Both the position numbers and the translations under genes were made by a program. The notes under the pieces were generated by a model. The model was not told the origin of the DNA. It saw nothing but the letters and a program-made list of their open reading frames with translations, and did no database searches. Positions 19,720 through 30,438 of a DNA stretch of 64,000 nt are shown here, piece by piece. The stretch is from the NCBI GenBank assembly GCA_001858525.1, contig LAPX01000004.1, positions 460,894 through 524,893 of the forward strand, written 5' to 3'. The stretch comes from Vampirovibrio chlorellavorus (lineage in GTDB: Bacteria; Cyanobacteriota; Vampirovibrionia; Vampirovibrionales; Vampirovibrionaceae). Numbering within the stretch: position 1 is the first letter of the stretch; each line of letters starts with the position of its first letter.

Positions 19720-21154
19720 CGGCGTCCATCCTTTCCGCCATCAGAATGGCTTTAATCATACTTTTGGCCTTGTTGCGGGTTTCTTCGTATTCGGCTTCAG
19801 GCACTGAGTGATGCACAATGCCAGCCCCCGCCTGAATATGGGCGGTATTATCCTGAATGAGGGCGGAACGAATGGCGATGGCGCCATCGGCGTTACCACT
19901 GGCATCAATGTAGCCCACCATACCCGAGTACACGCCCCGTTGCTCGGGTTCCAGTTTGGCCAGCAGTTGCATGGCCCGAATTTTGGGAGCGCCGCTCACG
20001 GTGCCTCGGGGGAAGCAGCTTCTTAAAGCGTCATACCCGCTCAGGCCTTCCCGGAGTTTACCGTTAATTTCCGTGGCCAGGTGCATGACATGGGTGTATC
20101 GGAGGATTTTGGCGATTTCTCCCACTTCAATGCTGCCTGGCTGGCAAATACGACCTAAATCGTTACGACCCAGATCCACCAGCATGCGATGCTCGGCCAT
20201 TTCCTTGCGGCAGGCCCGAAGCTCTTCAGCCAAACTGATGTCATCCGCTTCCGACTTGCCCCGGGGGCGGGTACCCGCCAAGGCCTTTAAAGTCACCTGT
20301 CCGTTGCGACAGCGCACAAAGGTTTCCGGGGAGGAGCCCAGATAGACGAACTCTGGAAATTTGAGGTAATACGCGTAGGGGGAGGGATTGATGGCGGTCA
20401 CCGTGCGGTAAATATCCAGCGTGCGGCACTGTACCGGTAACGAGAAGCGCTGGGCCAGTACGATCTGGAAAATTTGACCTTCCACAATCCACTGCTTGGC
20501 CTGATGGATGGCGCTCATAAAATCCGCTTTGGGGGTAGCGTAATGGACCGTGTCAAAAACCTGTTCATCGGAAATTTGGGGTAGGGTGAGCAAGTGGAGT
20601 TCCTGTGTCTGTTGATTCAGGGCCTGCTGCACGGTTTGGAACAGCCGATGGGCTTCTGCGGCTTCCCGGTGAGAGACCAGATGAATACGGCGATATAGGT
20701 GATCAAAAATAATCACTGAATCGTAAAGCCCCATGTACACATCGGGCACCTTCAATACGTCTTCGGCGGCCTGAGGAATCCGTTCAAAATACTGGGTGGT
20801 GCCATAGCCCAAATAACCCACCCACCCGGCGGTCAAGGGCAAATCAGTGTATTCGGGGGGCAGGGCATCCAGCGGCGGCAAGGTTTCCTGTTGCAGGGAT
20901 CGTAAACGGCCCATGGGGTCGGTGCAGGTTTCCAGCCTTTCGGTGCCTTCCCGATGGTTTTGAATAATGGCCGCTCCGTTTTTCAAGCGAAAACTGAGCA
21001 CGGCATCCAGCCCGATGATGGAGAAGCGGCCCACCTGCCGGTCCCCGTCGGTACTTTCCAGCAGAAACATCAGGGGAAAGGAGGATTGCAGGCGGTGAAA
21101 CAGGGACACGGGTGTCTCTGTGTCCGAGAGGTAACTTTGGATGGTCAGGGGCAT
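19688..21154 (-). CDS. trpE: Anthranilate synthase component I
   Basis: LLES, NPSPY, SSPE, EHRMLVDLGRND, GAPKIRAM. Confidence 0.97.
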   Translation of the reverse strand: MPLTIQSYLSDTETPVSLFHRLQSSFPLMFLLESTDGDRQVGRFSIIGLDAVLSFRLKNGAAIIQNHREGTERLETCTDPMGRLRSLQQETLPPLDALPPEYTDLPLTAGWVGYLGYGTTQYFERIPQAAEDVLKVPDVYMGLYDSVIIFDHLYRRIHLVSHREAAEAHRLFQTVQQALNQQTQELHLLTLPQISDEQVFDTVHYATPKADFMSAIHQAKQWIVEGQIFQIVLAQRFSLPVQCRTLDIYRTVTAINPSPYAYYLKFPEFVYLGSSPETFVRCRNGQVTLKALAGTRPRGKSEADDISLAEELRACRKEMAEHRMLVDLGRNDLGRICQPGSIEVGEIAKILRYTHVMHLATEINGKLREGLSGYDALRSCFPRGTVSGAPKIRAMQLLAKLEPEQRGVYSGMVGYIDASGNADGAIAIRSALIQDNTAHIQAGAGIVHHSVPEAEYEETRNKAKSMIKAILMAERMDADARSTTRRDY

Positions 21155-21195
21155 AATGGCAGCGGCTCCAATGCGTTTAATTTAAGGCTAAAAAC

Positions 21196-21222
21196 GAAAA
21201 AACAGACCCGTGGGCCTGCTTT
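21196..21222 (-). terminator. trp attenuator terminator
   Basis: Minus strand GCAGGCC-CACG-GGTCTGT followed by a T-run, just upstream of trpE. Confidence 0.75.
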
Positions 21223-21255
21223 CTGGAAATCTGGAGTCAATTACGAGCAATGCTT

Positions 21256-21348
21256 TCAAGGGTAATCAATCCAGCCCGACAGGCCAGTAAGCGGTTGGTT
21301 CCACCACCACTGCTGCAATTGGGTTGGCTGTGTTGTGATTGAAAGCAT
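21256..21348 (-). CDS. trpL: trp operon leader peptide (30 aa)
   Basis: Manual translation MLSITTQPTQLQQWWWNQPLTGLSGWIDYP*, with three tandem TGG codons. Confidence 0.85.
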   Translation of the reverse strand: MLSITTQPTQLQQWWWNQPLTGLSGWIDYP

Positions 21349-21508
21349 GAAAATAGCATATTCATCATTGACGTTGAGATATTATCATAGCCGCTCGTGG
21401 GGCTGCTTTGTCAAGCAATTATTTGTAATGCCCGGCAGTCCCTATCAAAAACGTCCACCCATAGTGGGCAGACGCTTTGAGAATGGGTGTTGTAAAGGGA
21501 GGCGCTGG

Positions 21509-21943
21509 TTACTTGCGCATCATTTTACGCACTTCTCCAATATGACTTTCCTCTTCGGCCACCATACGGCGGGCGAACTCTTCAAACATCACGGATTTGT
21601 CCTTCACCAAATCCAGAAGCTCTTGGTAAAGCTGCATTTGTCTGGATTCATGGGTCAGGGATTCTTCCAGAATGCTGAAGATATCGTGCTTGTGGGTTTC
21701 CAGCAGTTGGCCAATGCCCAGGGACGGGTGTTCTCCCAAATGGGTGATCAGCTCGCCGCTTTCCTGGGCGTGCAATAAGGATTCGCTGGCCTGACTTTTA
21801 AGCCAGGAGGTAATGGGAATACGGTTGGGGCCAAAGACCATAAACGAGTAGTGGGTATAACGCACCACACCGGCCAATTCCATTTCCACAATGCGGTTTA
21901 GGGTATCCACGACCTTGGGAATATCGAATGTATAGTCCGCCAT
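21509..21943 (-). CDS. Bacterioferritin/ferritin-like protein
   Basis: ELAGVVRYTHY, ESLLHA, EEESH. Confidence 0.88.
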   Translation of the reverse strand: MADYTFDIPKVVDTLNRIVEMELAGVVRYTHYSFMVFGPNRIPITSWLKSQASESLLHAQESGELITHLGEHPSLGIGQLLETHKHDIFSILEESLTHESRQMQLYQELLDLVKDKSVMFEEFARRMVAEEESHIGEVRKMMRK

Positions 21944-22129
21944 TGGCTCTCTCCTTGTTGTTGACTGATTGGTTGAGAATCATAACCCGATTCGATGGAC
22001 CTTGATCTTACCGAAGAGTGATTACATCTCCAAATTAATTTGCGCAAGCCGTCAGGCAATCCGGAATTTTTCAGGGTGTTATTCATTTATGTGCTTGAAA
22101 GTAGTGAATTCGCCGATGACACTTCACTT

Positions 22130-22897
22130 ATGAAAATGACGCCTTGTTCATCTCCTGTTTCTGCTGGCCTTGGCAAGCCGAGCCAAGCGGCACCTATCGG
22201 GCATGGCCTGAAGGCGCCACTGTTTGGCACCACACCCGACCGGATGAACAGCGCAGATTCTTTTCTGAGCAGTCAGCCGGATATGCCGCCAATCCTGCAG
22301 GCGATTCAGGAGGGCGATTTCGATCGGTTGAAAACGCTAGTGGCGCAAGGGGCCGATGTAGATGAGGAATGGGACGTCGATGGTACCACGCCTTTACTGG
22401 CTGCCGCCGAACAAAACAAGCTGAAGGCTGCCGCCTTCCTCATTCAATCAGGCGCTTCGGTCAACCAAGGGGACAGTTACAACCGAACCCCATTAATGGT
22501 GGCCGCGTTGGAAGGGCACTACCACATGGCCCAATTGTTATTATCGGCTGGTGCATTGGCCCATTTCAAAGATGAATATGGCGAAACAGCGCTGACCTAT
22601 GCGACATCTCAAGGGTATAGTAAGTTGGCGCAATTGCTGCTGACCGTGGATGATTCCGTGAGCGGACTGGGGCCATTGGAGCTCTTGGCATTCGCAACGG
22701 AAGCAGCGCGTCAAGATCAGTATGGCTTATTGAAACAGTTATTGAGCTTGCCAGCCCTGTATTCCCTCTTTAGGCTATTGAGTGCGCATGAACGGGCCAG
22801 CACGCTCCCCACTCTGCACCAGGAGCCTAATCATCCTATTTGCCAGTGCCTAAGAAAAAATGGCTTCAAAGCGTTTTTGAACAAGCACTTGGGCTAA
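22130..22897 (+). CDS. Ankyrin repeat protein
   Basis: GTTPLLAAA, NRTPLMVAA, GETALTYA. Confidence 0.88.
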   Translation: MKMTPCSSPVSAGLGKPSQAAPIGHGLKAPLFGTTPDRMNSADSFLSSQPDMPPILQAIQEGDFDRLKTLVAQGADVDEEWDVDGTTPLLAAAEQNKLKAAAFLIQSGASVNQGDSYNRTPLMVAALEGHYHMAQLLLSAGALAHFKDEYGETALTYATSQGYSKLAQLLLTVDDSVSGLGPLELLAFATEAARQDQYGLLKQLLSLPALYSLFRLLSAHERASTLPTLHQEPNHPICQCLRKNGFKAFLNKHLG

Positions 22898-22903
22898 GTC
22901 ACC

Positions 22904-22942
22904 AAAAAGCCCGAGTGACTCGTTTGGAGCGACTCGGGCTTT
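22904..22942. terminator. Bidirectional terminator
   Basis: AAAAAGCCCGAGT...ACTCGGGCTTT. Confidence 0.75.
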
Positions 22943-22960
22943 GATGATGCGGAGCAGGGC

Positions 22961-23401
22961 TTATTTCAGCGGATTTAACGCTTCTGGCGTCAATTTCAGT
23001 TTGCCTTCGTTGAGCAGCAGGCCCAACTGTACCAAAGAGGTCAACTTGGGATTGGTCAAAATACCCGCCGTCTCCAGCAGGTTGACGCCGCTACCACTTT
23101 CCTTGGACATCCGGTAGGCCAGGTAATGATCCTTGAATACCAGTGCCAGCGGCACATGCAAGAGATTCCCCTTGGCAAGGCGAATGGCATTGTAAACATT
23201 GGGGGCCACCGCCTGAATGCCATTCATGACGAAGCCATCTTTTTTTCCGCTCAGCTGCTGGGCGGCAATGGTGGTGGCATAGGCCAGCGATTTTTTACCA
23301 ATTTCCGTGTTAGTAACGCTTTTTGCTTGTCCGATACCGTTTCGGATGGGAGCGGGCAGTTTGGGGTAAACATAGGATTCAAGCGGGTTAATGCCAAGCA
23401 T
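22961..23401 (-). CDS. Hypothetical protein
   Basis: 146-aa ORF with SD GGAG and a downstream terminator; no recognised domain. Confidence 0.65.
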   Translation of the reverse strand: MLGINPLESYVYPKLPAPIRNGIGQAKSVTNTEIGKKSLAYATTIAAQQLSGKKDGFVMNGIQAVAPNVYNAIRLAKGNLLHVPLALVFKDHYLAYRMSKESGSGVNLLETAGILTNPKLTSLVQLGLLLNEGKLKLTPEALNPLK

Positions 23402-23685
23402 GGTTTAAATCTCCCAGAGTTGTGATTGGTTGAGCGTGAATTTTGAATACTGATATAACTATCTGCACTAATAAAACATCTCAACTTCCGTTTGGAACAG
23501 GACAAATGTCCTATCTTACATTTTTCTGGCTTGGGAAACCCTTGGAAGGGTCATAAGGGCCTGTCTATCGGTTTTTTTTACTCTATATCGCCATCAATAT
23601 TGTTAAAAAATGTAAACCCCGCAACTTCTGAACCGCACCTTTCCGTATTGAGTCACCTTTATCTTTCACACCCAACCCCATTGCC

Positions 23686-26103
23686 TTGCGGAGAAAAGCC
23701 TTGCCAAATACAATTCAGCGCAATCCCTACTCAATTATTCCTCTAAATTTATCCACCATCGCCCGGAAAAGCCTGCCAGTTCTTAATCAATCTAACAGAT
23801 CTCCCGAGGTGCGATTTGGGCAAACCGCCGCCGATAGCCTCACCTACAGTTTGCCTGAGTGGGCAAAATCGGTTGAAAAACCCGCTGTAACCTTGGCCGA
23901 TTTGAAAGAAACGTTTAACACGGCCGATAACAAGCCGTCCAAAAATGGCTCCAAACCCAGTCTGGCTGATTCCTTCAAAATGCTGAAGGAGGGGATAGGC
24001 AAGCTCCGCAGGCTGAATAAGTGGAATCAGGCCATTCGGCATACGTCTCGCAAGTATTTACCCGCACAGGCCAAAAAGGATCTCAGAAACTACTTATGGA
24101 CAGTGGGCCTGTTTGATCGCCTTTTCCGCAGAAACCGCTTTGAAATTATGTCTATTGTGCATCAGGGGCCTGAAGCCATCAAGAAAAGACAAACTATCGC
24201 TCAACGCAAAGCATCAACTCTGCTTCCTTATCTTCAGGAGTTTGTTGATATTTTGAGTAATCCTCAAAAAAGAAAAGAGTTTACAGCCAGTCTTCCTGCA
24301 TCCGCAAAATTGGTTCTGGGAGTTTTAAGCCCATTCATCAAATATGGTCTAAACAAACAAATAAAGTCCATCAAAAATGAAATGTCTTTATTAAACAATG
24401 TTCCCCCGGTGCCTCAAAAAGAATTTGAGAAAGAACTGAACACCCTAAAAAGCCAGTTTAACAGCACAAATCCAAACGATCCGATTCAAGAGATTGGCAA
24501 AGTGCTGAACGCAGGCTCTATTGGCCAAGTTTTTGAGGCCAAAACCAAAAGCGGTAAAACACTGGTTTTAAAAATGGCCAAGCCCAAAATCACCAAAGAG
24601 TACCTGGAAGGCTATAAGCCCTACTTATACTTTATGGAACAATTGCTGACCAGCGCTGAGCCCAGTCAACAAAAGAAAGCCGCCGTGGCCGCGGAACAGT
24701 CGGTAACCTTGCTTAAAGGGGAAATTGATTTTAAGCAAGAAGCCGCCAACACTCAAAAAATTCGGGAAACCGTGTCTAAATTGGGGCTTACCGGCTTTCA
24801 AGTGCCCGACGTCTTGGCCGCCACGGAACGGGGCATGGTCTTGCCCTATGTGGGTCAAAAAGACTTTGCCGACATGTGCCAGCCAGAAAAAGATGAAGTG
24901 CTTCTGAAAATGGTGCCGGATCTGGCCAAGTTGATGCTTTTATCCCCCTATAAACCTTTGGACATTCACGCTGGGAATATTCGCTCCAAGGATGGACAGT
25001 CCAATGGCGTCCCTTTTCTTATCGATCACGGGCGTCAGGCCAATTTAAACCCAGAAGCCCATCAGAAATTATTACGACTACTGGTTTTGTCAGAAGCCAA
25101 GGGCCTTTATAGCATGTTTCAAACGCCTGAGGGCATACAAGCAGCTGAAGACGCTTTAAAGCTCGATGAACGTCGTCATCAAAAAGCCCTTTCCATTTTG
25201 GCCCAATTGAAAGAATTACACTTAATTCATGGGTTTGAGGATGAACTCCGTAAATATGAGACGTCAGACAAACCGACACCAAAAGAGCTCATTGAAAAAT
25301 TACAGAAAAAACAAGCTTTAATTTACCAAAAGGCTACCCAAATAGAGCAGCACGCAAAGCTCGTTCTGGAGTTACAACCTTCAATATCCGAACTGTTTGG
25401 ACTGCCACCAGTTCGAACTAAAAACGCCGTTGGCAATGGCTACGATGAACAATCCAAGTACAAACTGCCGACCCTGCTAAATGCCTGGGGCAACGCCTTG
25501 CCTGAGACAAACAGCCAGAATGGGCAAGGCTTATCCACCCAGACCATCCCCCGATCTGATCTCTATAACTATCACATGAAAATGGCAGCCATTATGCGAC
25601 CGTACTTCTGGACCGAAACCAATGCCGAAGAAAACAAAACCCTGCGAGAGAAACTCAGCACCCTGACCCGTCAGGACTTTCAGGCTGCCTTCAGAGACCC
25701 CTTATTTACAACATCAAGCTATGCGCTTTTTGATCTGGAAGACCGTATTGATAAACACCTATTTACCTCCGCATTTAAAACACACTCTGATCACTCAGCA
25801 GAAACAACCGAAAAACTGGAAACCGAGTTTAAGCAAGCCCTGCAAACGCTCTTGCAACCCGGCAACAAAAAAGGCGATTTGCTGGTTCGAGCGTATCGGG
25901 TGAATACCCGGGTTCAGGACATGGCTAAATCACTGACGGATGGCCTGTGCCAGACAGAGCCTACTATCGCTGCCGATCCAGAATCCTATGATCAATTATT
26001 GCGATCGGTAGAAAACCGTCTGCGCAACGATCTTCATTTAACTGCTGACGCATTCTATAAGGATAACTATTTGGGGCAGGAGAAAAGAGGCCTTTTACGC
26101 TAG
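23686..26103 (+). CDS. ABC1/AarF/UbiB-like atypical kinase with long extensions (start uncertain)
   Basis: AGSIGQVF, LVLK, EIDFKQEAAN, DIHAGNI, LIDHG. Confidence 0.8.
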   Translation: MRRKALPNTIQRNPYSIIPLNLSTIARKSLPVLNQSNRSPEVRFGQTAADSLTYSLPEWAKSVEKPAVTLADLKETFNTADNKPSKNGSKPSLADSFKMLKEGIGKLRRLNKWNQAIRHTSRKYLPAQAKKDLRNYLWTVGLFDRLFRRNRFEIMSIVHQGPEAIKKRQTIAQRKASTLLPYLQEFVDILSNPQKRKEFTASLPASAKLVLGVLSPFIKYGLNKQIKSIKNEMSLLNNVPPVPQKEFEKELNTLKSQFNSTNPNDPIQEIGKVLNAGSIGQVFEAKTKSGKTLVLKMAKPKITKEYLEGYKPYLYFMEQLLTSAEPSQQKKAAVAAEQSVTLLKGEIDFKQEAANTQKIRETVSKLGLTGFQVPDVLAATERGMVLPYVGQKDFADMCQPEKDEVLLKMVPDLAKLMLLSPYKPLDIHAGNIRSKDGQSNGVPFLIDHGRQANLNPEAHQKLLRLLVLSEAKGLYSMFQTPEGIQAAEDALKLDERRHQKALSILAQLKELHLIHGFEDELRKYETSDKPTPKELIEKLQKKQALIYQKATQIEQHAKLVLELQPSISELFGLPPVRTKNAVGNGYDEQSKYKLPTLLNAWGNALPETNSQNGQGLSTQTIPRSDLYNYHMKMAAIMRPYFWTETNAEENKTLREKLSTLTRQDFQAAFRDPLFTTSSYALFDLEDRIDKHLFTSAFKTHSDHSAETTEKLETEFKQALQTLLQPGNKKGDLLVRAYRVNTRVQDMAKSLTDGLCQTEPTIAADPESYDQLLRSVENRLRNDLHLTADAFYKDNYLGQEKRGLLR

Positions 26104-26217
26104 GGTGCTGGCATAAAATAATTAGCCTTGAATTGAGCCGGTAGCAGGATGCAAATCGTCTTTGATTCCGAGTATTTTAGAGAGCAGGCAGGAAGGTGAA
26201 TAAGGCATGCTTTCACG

Positions 26218-28848
26218 ATGACGGGCACTCAATCTCAACAACCGGTTGGATCAAAACAACCCGCTGGTCATCCGGAAGATTTACGGGGCTACGCGCAAAC
26301 CTCTGTGGAAGCGGTCTTGCAAATGCACCGAACCAGCCTGGAAGGCTTGACTGAAGCCGAGGCGGGAGTCCGACTGGCTCAATTTGGGCTGAATGAGGTG
26401 GCCAAAAGCAAGCATCATTCCTGGTGGCTTCGGTTATTAAAAACATTTAACAGCCCCTTTAATTACCTGCTCATGGGGTTGGGGATCATTTCATATTTCA
26501 GCGGGAATCACCCCTCGGCCCTCATGATTGGGGTGATGGTGCTGTTAAGCGCACTGCTTCGCTTCATTCAGGAGACACGCTCCAGCCGGGCGGCTGAAAA
26601 GCTTCAGGAGTTGGTCACCAATCGGGTCAGTGTGCGCCGACGCCCCAGCGAGACTGTACCCGGACAACGGCAAGAGATTTCATTAAAAAATCTGGTGCCG
26701 GGAGATATCATCACGTTGGCCTCGGGTGACCTCATTCCGGCGGATGTACGGGTGATCGAGGCTAGGGATCTGCACATTAACCAGTCCGCTTTGAGTGGGG
26801 AATCGTTTCCGGTTGAAAAAAATGCGGCACCGGATATGGATAACCAAAAAAACCTGATTGAACTCACTAATCTGTGTTTTATGGGCAACAGTGTGGTTAG
26901 TGGTATGGGGACGGCGGTGGTTCTACACACTGGAAATCAAACTTATTTTGGCAATTTGGCCACCAGAATTGTGGATGAGGAGCCACCCAGTAGCTTTGAT
27001 CAGGGCATTAACAACCTGAGCTGGCTGCTGATTCGTTTTATCACGGCGATGGTGCTGATCATTCTGCTGGTCAACGGACTGACAAAAGGAGACTGGTTAA
27101 CGGCCTTGCTGTTTGCCTTGGCCGTGGGCGTGGGTCTAACCCCGGAAATGCTGCCCATGATCATCACCACCAACCTGTCGCGGGGCGCCTTGGCCATGTC
27201 TGGCAAAAAGGTGATTGTGAAACGGTTGTCTTCCATCCAGAATTTAGGGGCCATTGATGTATTGTGCACAGACAAGACCGGCACCCTCACCCAGAACAAA
27301 GTGATTTTGTATCGACACCTCAACCTCCATGGCGAGGAAAGCCTGGAGGTGCTCAAGTACGCTTACCTCAACAGCTATTTTCAATCGGGATTAAAAAATT
27401 TATTGGATGAGGCCATTTTGGCCCATGCCAAAGAAGATGACGGTCTAAAGATCGAGAAAGACTTTAGCAAAGTCGATGAAATTCCTTTTGATTTTGAGCG
27501 CCGTCGCCTTTCAGTGGTGCTTACAAAGGAGGGTCAGCATACTTTGATTTGCAAGGGAGCCATTGAGGAGACCCTGAGCGTTTGTACCCATATTCACGAT
27601 AAGGGCCGGGAGTATGCCATGACCCCTGCCCTTCGGGAGCAATTGAAAAAAGACACTCAAAAGCTGAGCCAAGAAGGGTTTCGAATCATTGTGGTGGCTT
27701 ATAAAAATGTGGAGGCCAGCCAAACAACCTACACCGTTCAGGATGAGCGAGACATGACCTTGCTGGGATATATTGCGTTTCTGGACCCGCCCAAGGAGAC
27801 CACCGCCCAAGCCATTCGGGACTTGAGTCAATTGGGCATTGAACTCAAAATCCTGACCGGGGATAACGAGTTGATCACGCAAAAAATTTGCACGGTCGTG
27901 CAACTACCGGTCAAAGGCATTTTACTGGGACCCGAGATTGCCTTGCTGAGCGATGAAGCACTGGCGGAACAGGTAGAGAACACCACGATATTTGCCAAGC
28001 TGACCCCGGAGCATAAGGAGCGGGTGATTCAGGCCCTTCAGAAAATGAATCATGTGGTGGGTTTTTTGGGAGATGGCATTAACGATTCTCCGGCGTTGCG
28101 GGCGGCCGATGTGGGCTTATCCGTGGAGAACGCCGTGGATATCGCCAAGGAGTCGGCGGATATGATTTTGCTGGAACAAAGTTTGCTGGTGTTAAAGGAC
28201 GGGGTGGTGGAGGGCCGGAAAGTCTTTGGCAATATTATCAAGTACATTCGCATGACCACCAGTTCCAATTTTGGCAATGTGTTTAGTATGTTGGGGGCCA
28301 GTTTTCTGTTGCCGTTTTTGCCCATGAGCCCGGTGCAAATTTTGGCCCAGAATTTGTTATACGATTTTTCCCAGACGGCCATTCCTTTTGACAAAGTGGA
28401 TGAAGAATTTCTGGTTGCGCCGCACCGTTGGGAAATCCCCAATATTGAGCGTTTTATGCTAACCTTTGGCCCGGTGAGTTCGTTATTTGACTACTGCCTG
28501 TTTGGGGTGATGTGGTTTGTTTTCAAGGCCAACACGGTGGAGCAGGCGGCTTTGTTTCATACGGGCTGGTTTATTGAGGGCTTACTGTCACAGCTTTTGA
28601 TTGTGCATTTCATTAGAACGGCCAAAATTCCCTTTGTGCAAAGTTGGGCGGCTCCTCAGCTTTTGGTGCTGACGGCCACCATGATTGGCATTGGCATTTA
28701 TCTCCCCCATTCTCCACTGGCCCCGTTTTTTGGCTTTGTGAACTTACCCGGCGCCTATTTTGTATGGTTGTTGGCCATTCTGGTCAGTTATTTTATTCTC
28801 ACCCAATTGGTCAAGCGCTGGTTCATCCGAAAATTCGGCTATGGGTAA
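26218..28848 (+). CDS. mgtA: Mg2+-importing P-type ATPase
   Basis: LSGESFPVEK, TPEMLP, DKTGTLT, GDGIND, SSNFGN. Confidence 0.96.
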   Translation: MTGTQSQQPVGSKQPAGHPEDLRGYAQTSVEAVLQMHRTSLEGLTEAEAGVRLAQFGLNEVAKSKHHSWWLRLLKTFNSPFNYLLMGLGIISYFSGNHPSALMIGVMVLLSALLRFIQETRSSRAAEKLQELVTNRVSVRRRPSETVPGQRQEISLKNLVPGDIITLASGDLIPADVRVIEARDLHINQSALSGESFPVEKNAAPDMDNQKNLIELTNLCFMGNSVVSGMGTAVVLHTGNQTYFGNLATRIVDEEPPSSFDQGINNLSWLLIRFITAMVLIILLVNGLTKGDWLTALLFALAVGVGLTPEMLPMIITTNLSRGALAMSGKKVIVKRLSSIQNLGAIDVLCTDKTGTLTQNKVILYRHLNLHGEESLEVLKYAYLNSYFQSGLKNLLDEAILAHAKEDDGLKIEKDFSKVDEIPFDFERRRLSVVLTKEGQHTLICKGAIEETLSVCTHIHDKGREYAMTPALREQLKKDTQKLSQEGFRIIVVAYKNVEASQTTYTVQDERDMTLLGYIAFLDPPKETTAQAIRDLSQLGIELKILTGDNELITQKICTVVQLPVKGILLGPEIALLSDEALAEQVENTTIFAKLTPEHKERVIQALQKMNHVVGFLGDGINDSPALRAADVGLSVENAVDIAKESADMILLEQSLLVLKDGVVEGRKVFGNIIKYIRMTTSSNFGNVFSMLGASFLLPFLPMSPVQILAQNLLYDFSQTAIPFDKVDEEFLVAPHRWEIPNIERFMLTFGPVSSLFDYCLFGVMWFVFKANTVEQAALFHTGWFIEGLLSQLLIVHFIRTAKIPFVQSWAAPQLLVLTATMIGIGIYLPHSPLAPFFGFVNLPGAYFVWLLAILVSYFILTQLVKRWFIRKFGYG

Positions 28849-28944
28849 ACTGTTAGTTAGTGGCTGATGGGGCATGAACATCCCAATTTTAAGCTTCAGT
28901 CAGTGTGTCGGCGTTCTTTTTAATGTCTCTCAATTTTTTAAAAT

Positions 28945-29928
28945 TTAATTATTGACTCCGTCTTGGGGATGGATTTTCCTTCTAGTGCCCTCAGATGCAG
29001 AGGTTTTTATTCCAAATTTTAAGTGCGGATCTAACATCGGCATTAACTCACGTAAAGCTCTATACATTCTTCTATCAAAGCCCATTTCTTCTAACATTGG
29101 GGTATGCATTAGTATTTCCATAGATTTTGCAAACTTACTCTGAATTCTCAATGACTCTTCAGCATCTCCTAATTTAGCAGCCTTGTAAGCTTCTAAAGCC
29201 AATTCATATATCCACGGCAGGTCGTCTCGGAAAAGGCTTGCAGCAATAAGAAACTGTATTGGGTCACTTGGTCCATCACAAAACCGATGTGACAATTCAA
29301 TCAATAACATGGGATGAAATTTTGTTCTTTTGGGCTTTTTCAAAGAAGAGTCATCATCTATTACGTCTCTAAATCGCATTTCTAGTGAGCGTATACCTGA
29401 TACAAGCTCCTCAAGAATTTCCCCTTGAGGTCTAGAATGCTTTGAAGATGAACTATTTGGAATTGTTTTAATCTGGTTCTCAAACTCATTCCAAGAGATA
29501 GAAAATAACTTATCCAATCGTTCATCTGGAATTGGTGTAGCCGCAACTTTATTCAAGCTTAAAACAAGCTCTTTCATCCCAGCGCATTCTACTTTTTTAG
29601 CTTGAAATTGCGCAAGAGGCCCCGAGATCTCTTTGAATTCTATATCTAATAAAAGTGGTATCACTCGACCATCTTGCATGGACTTTGCAAGAGCGCCAGC
29701 TTCAAATAGTATCCAAGGAGCATTTAAATTCTCTTTTGTTATACAAATAATTCCAAAGTTACAATCTTCTAAATTCTTTGCTACTTCGATTCCCCACCTT
29801 TCACCTGCATGAATATCAGATTGTGATAGCCAAGGCTCAGTATAGTGTAGAACTAATGGGAACCAATTGTGTAATGCCTTTGCCAAAGCTTCACTTCGTT
29901 CACCACTCCAACTAATAAAAACCTTCAT
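28945..29928 (-). CDS. TIR domain protein (AT-rich)
   Basis: KVFISWSG, DIHAGERW, APWILFEAGAL (catalytic Glu present). Confidence 0.88.
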   Translation of the reverse strand: MKVFISWSGERSEALAKALHNWFPLVLHYTEPWLSQSDIHAGERWGIEVAKNLEDCNFGIICITKENLNAPWILFEAGALAKSMQDGRVIPLLLDIEFKEISGPLAQFQAKKVECAGMKELVLSLNKVAATPIPDERLDKLFSISWNEFENQIKTIPNSSSSKHSRPQGEILEELVSGIRSLEMRFRDVIDDDSSLKKPKRTKFHPMLLIELSHRFCDGPSDPIQFLIAASLFRDDLPWIYELALEAYKAAKLGDAEESLRIQSKFAKSMEILMHTPMLEEMGFDRRMYRALRELMPMLDPHLKFGIKTSASEGTRRKIHPQDGVNN

Positions 29929-30087
29929 TTACAGTCTCTCCCTATAAAAGATTTTCTGGATTCAACAGAGTTCAAGTCTTAAACGGTGGTGAGGTAACAT
30001 TAATAAGTCATTTGTCTATATCCTATCAACCTTTACTCAGCCCCTCAACAAACACAGCCCCCGACTTAGCGGAGGCTTTATAAAAAA

Positions 30088-30164
<77 letters not shown>

Positions 30165-30438
30165 ATGTGTATTTGGTCACAGTGTATTATGGGGGAAAGG
30201 GGGGCGCATGGCAACCCTGTCCCCCCGAGCGGCAAAATCACCGCACCCACGCCGAATAAAAGAGAGTAGATATCTGCAATCAATACTTCATCCCATAGCT
30301 GAATGGGGAATAGCCGCAAACTCATCCTTACTTTAAACTGGGTTTCAAGGAATATGGATGCTGGTAATTTGGCCAGCATTTTTCGCGCATAATACTTTCC
30401 GCTCTTGCAACCAACGATATATATAGAAGGAAGGCTGT

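Noticed and set aside
26104-26217. Mg2+ riboswitch or MgtL leader before mgtA
   Set aside because: The gap is short, with no Pro-rich leader ORF or recognisable M-box.
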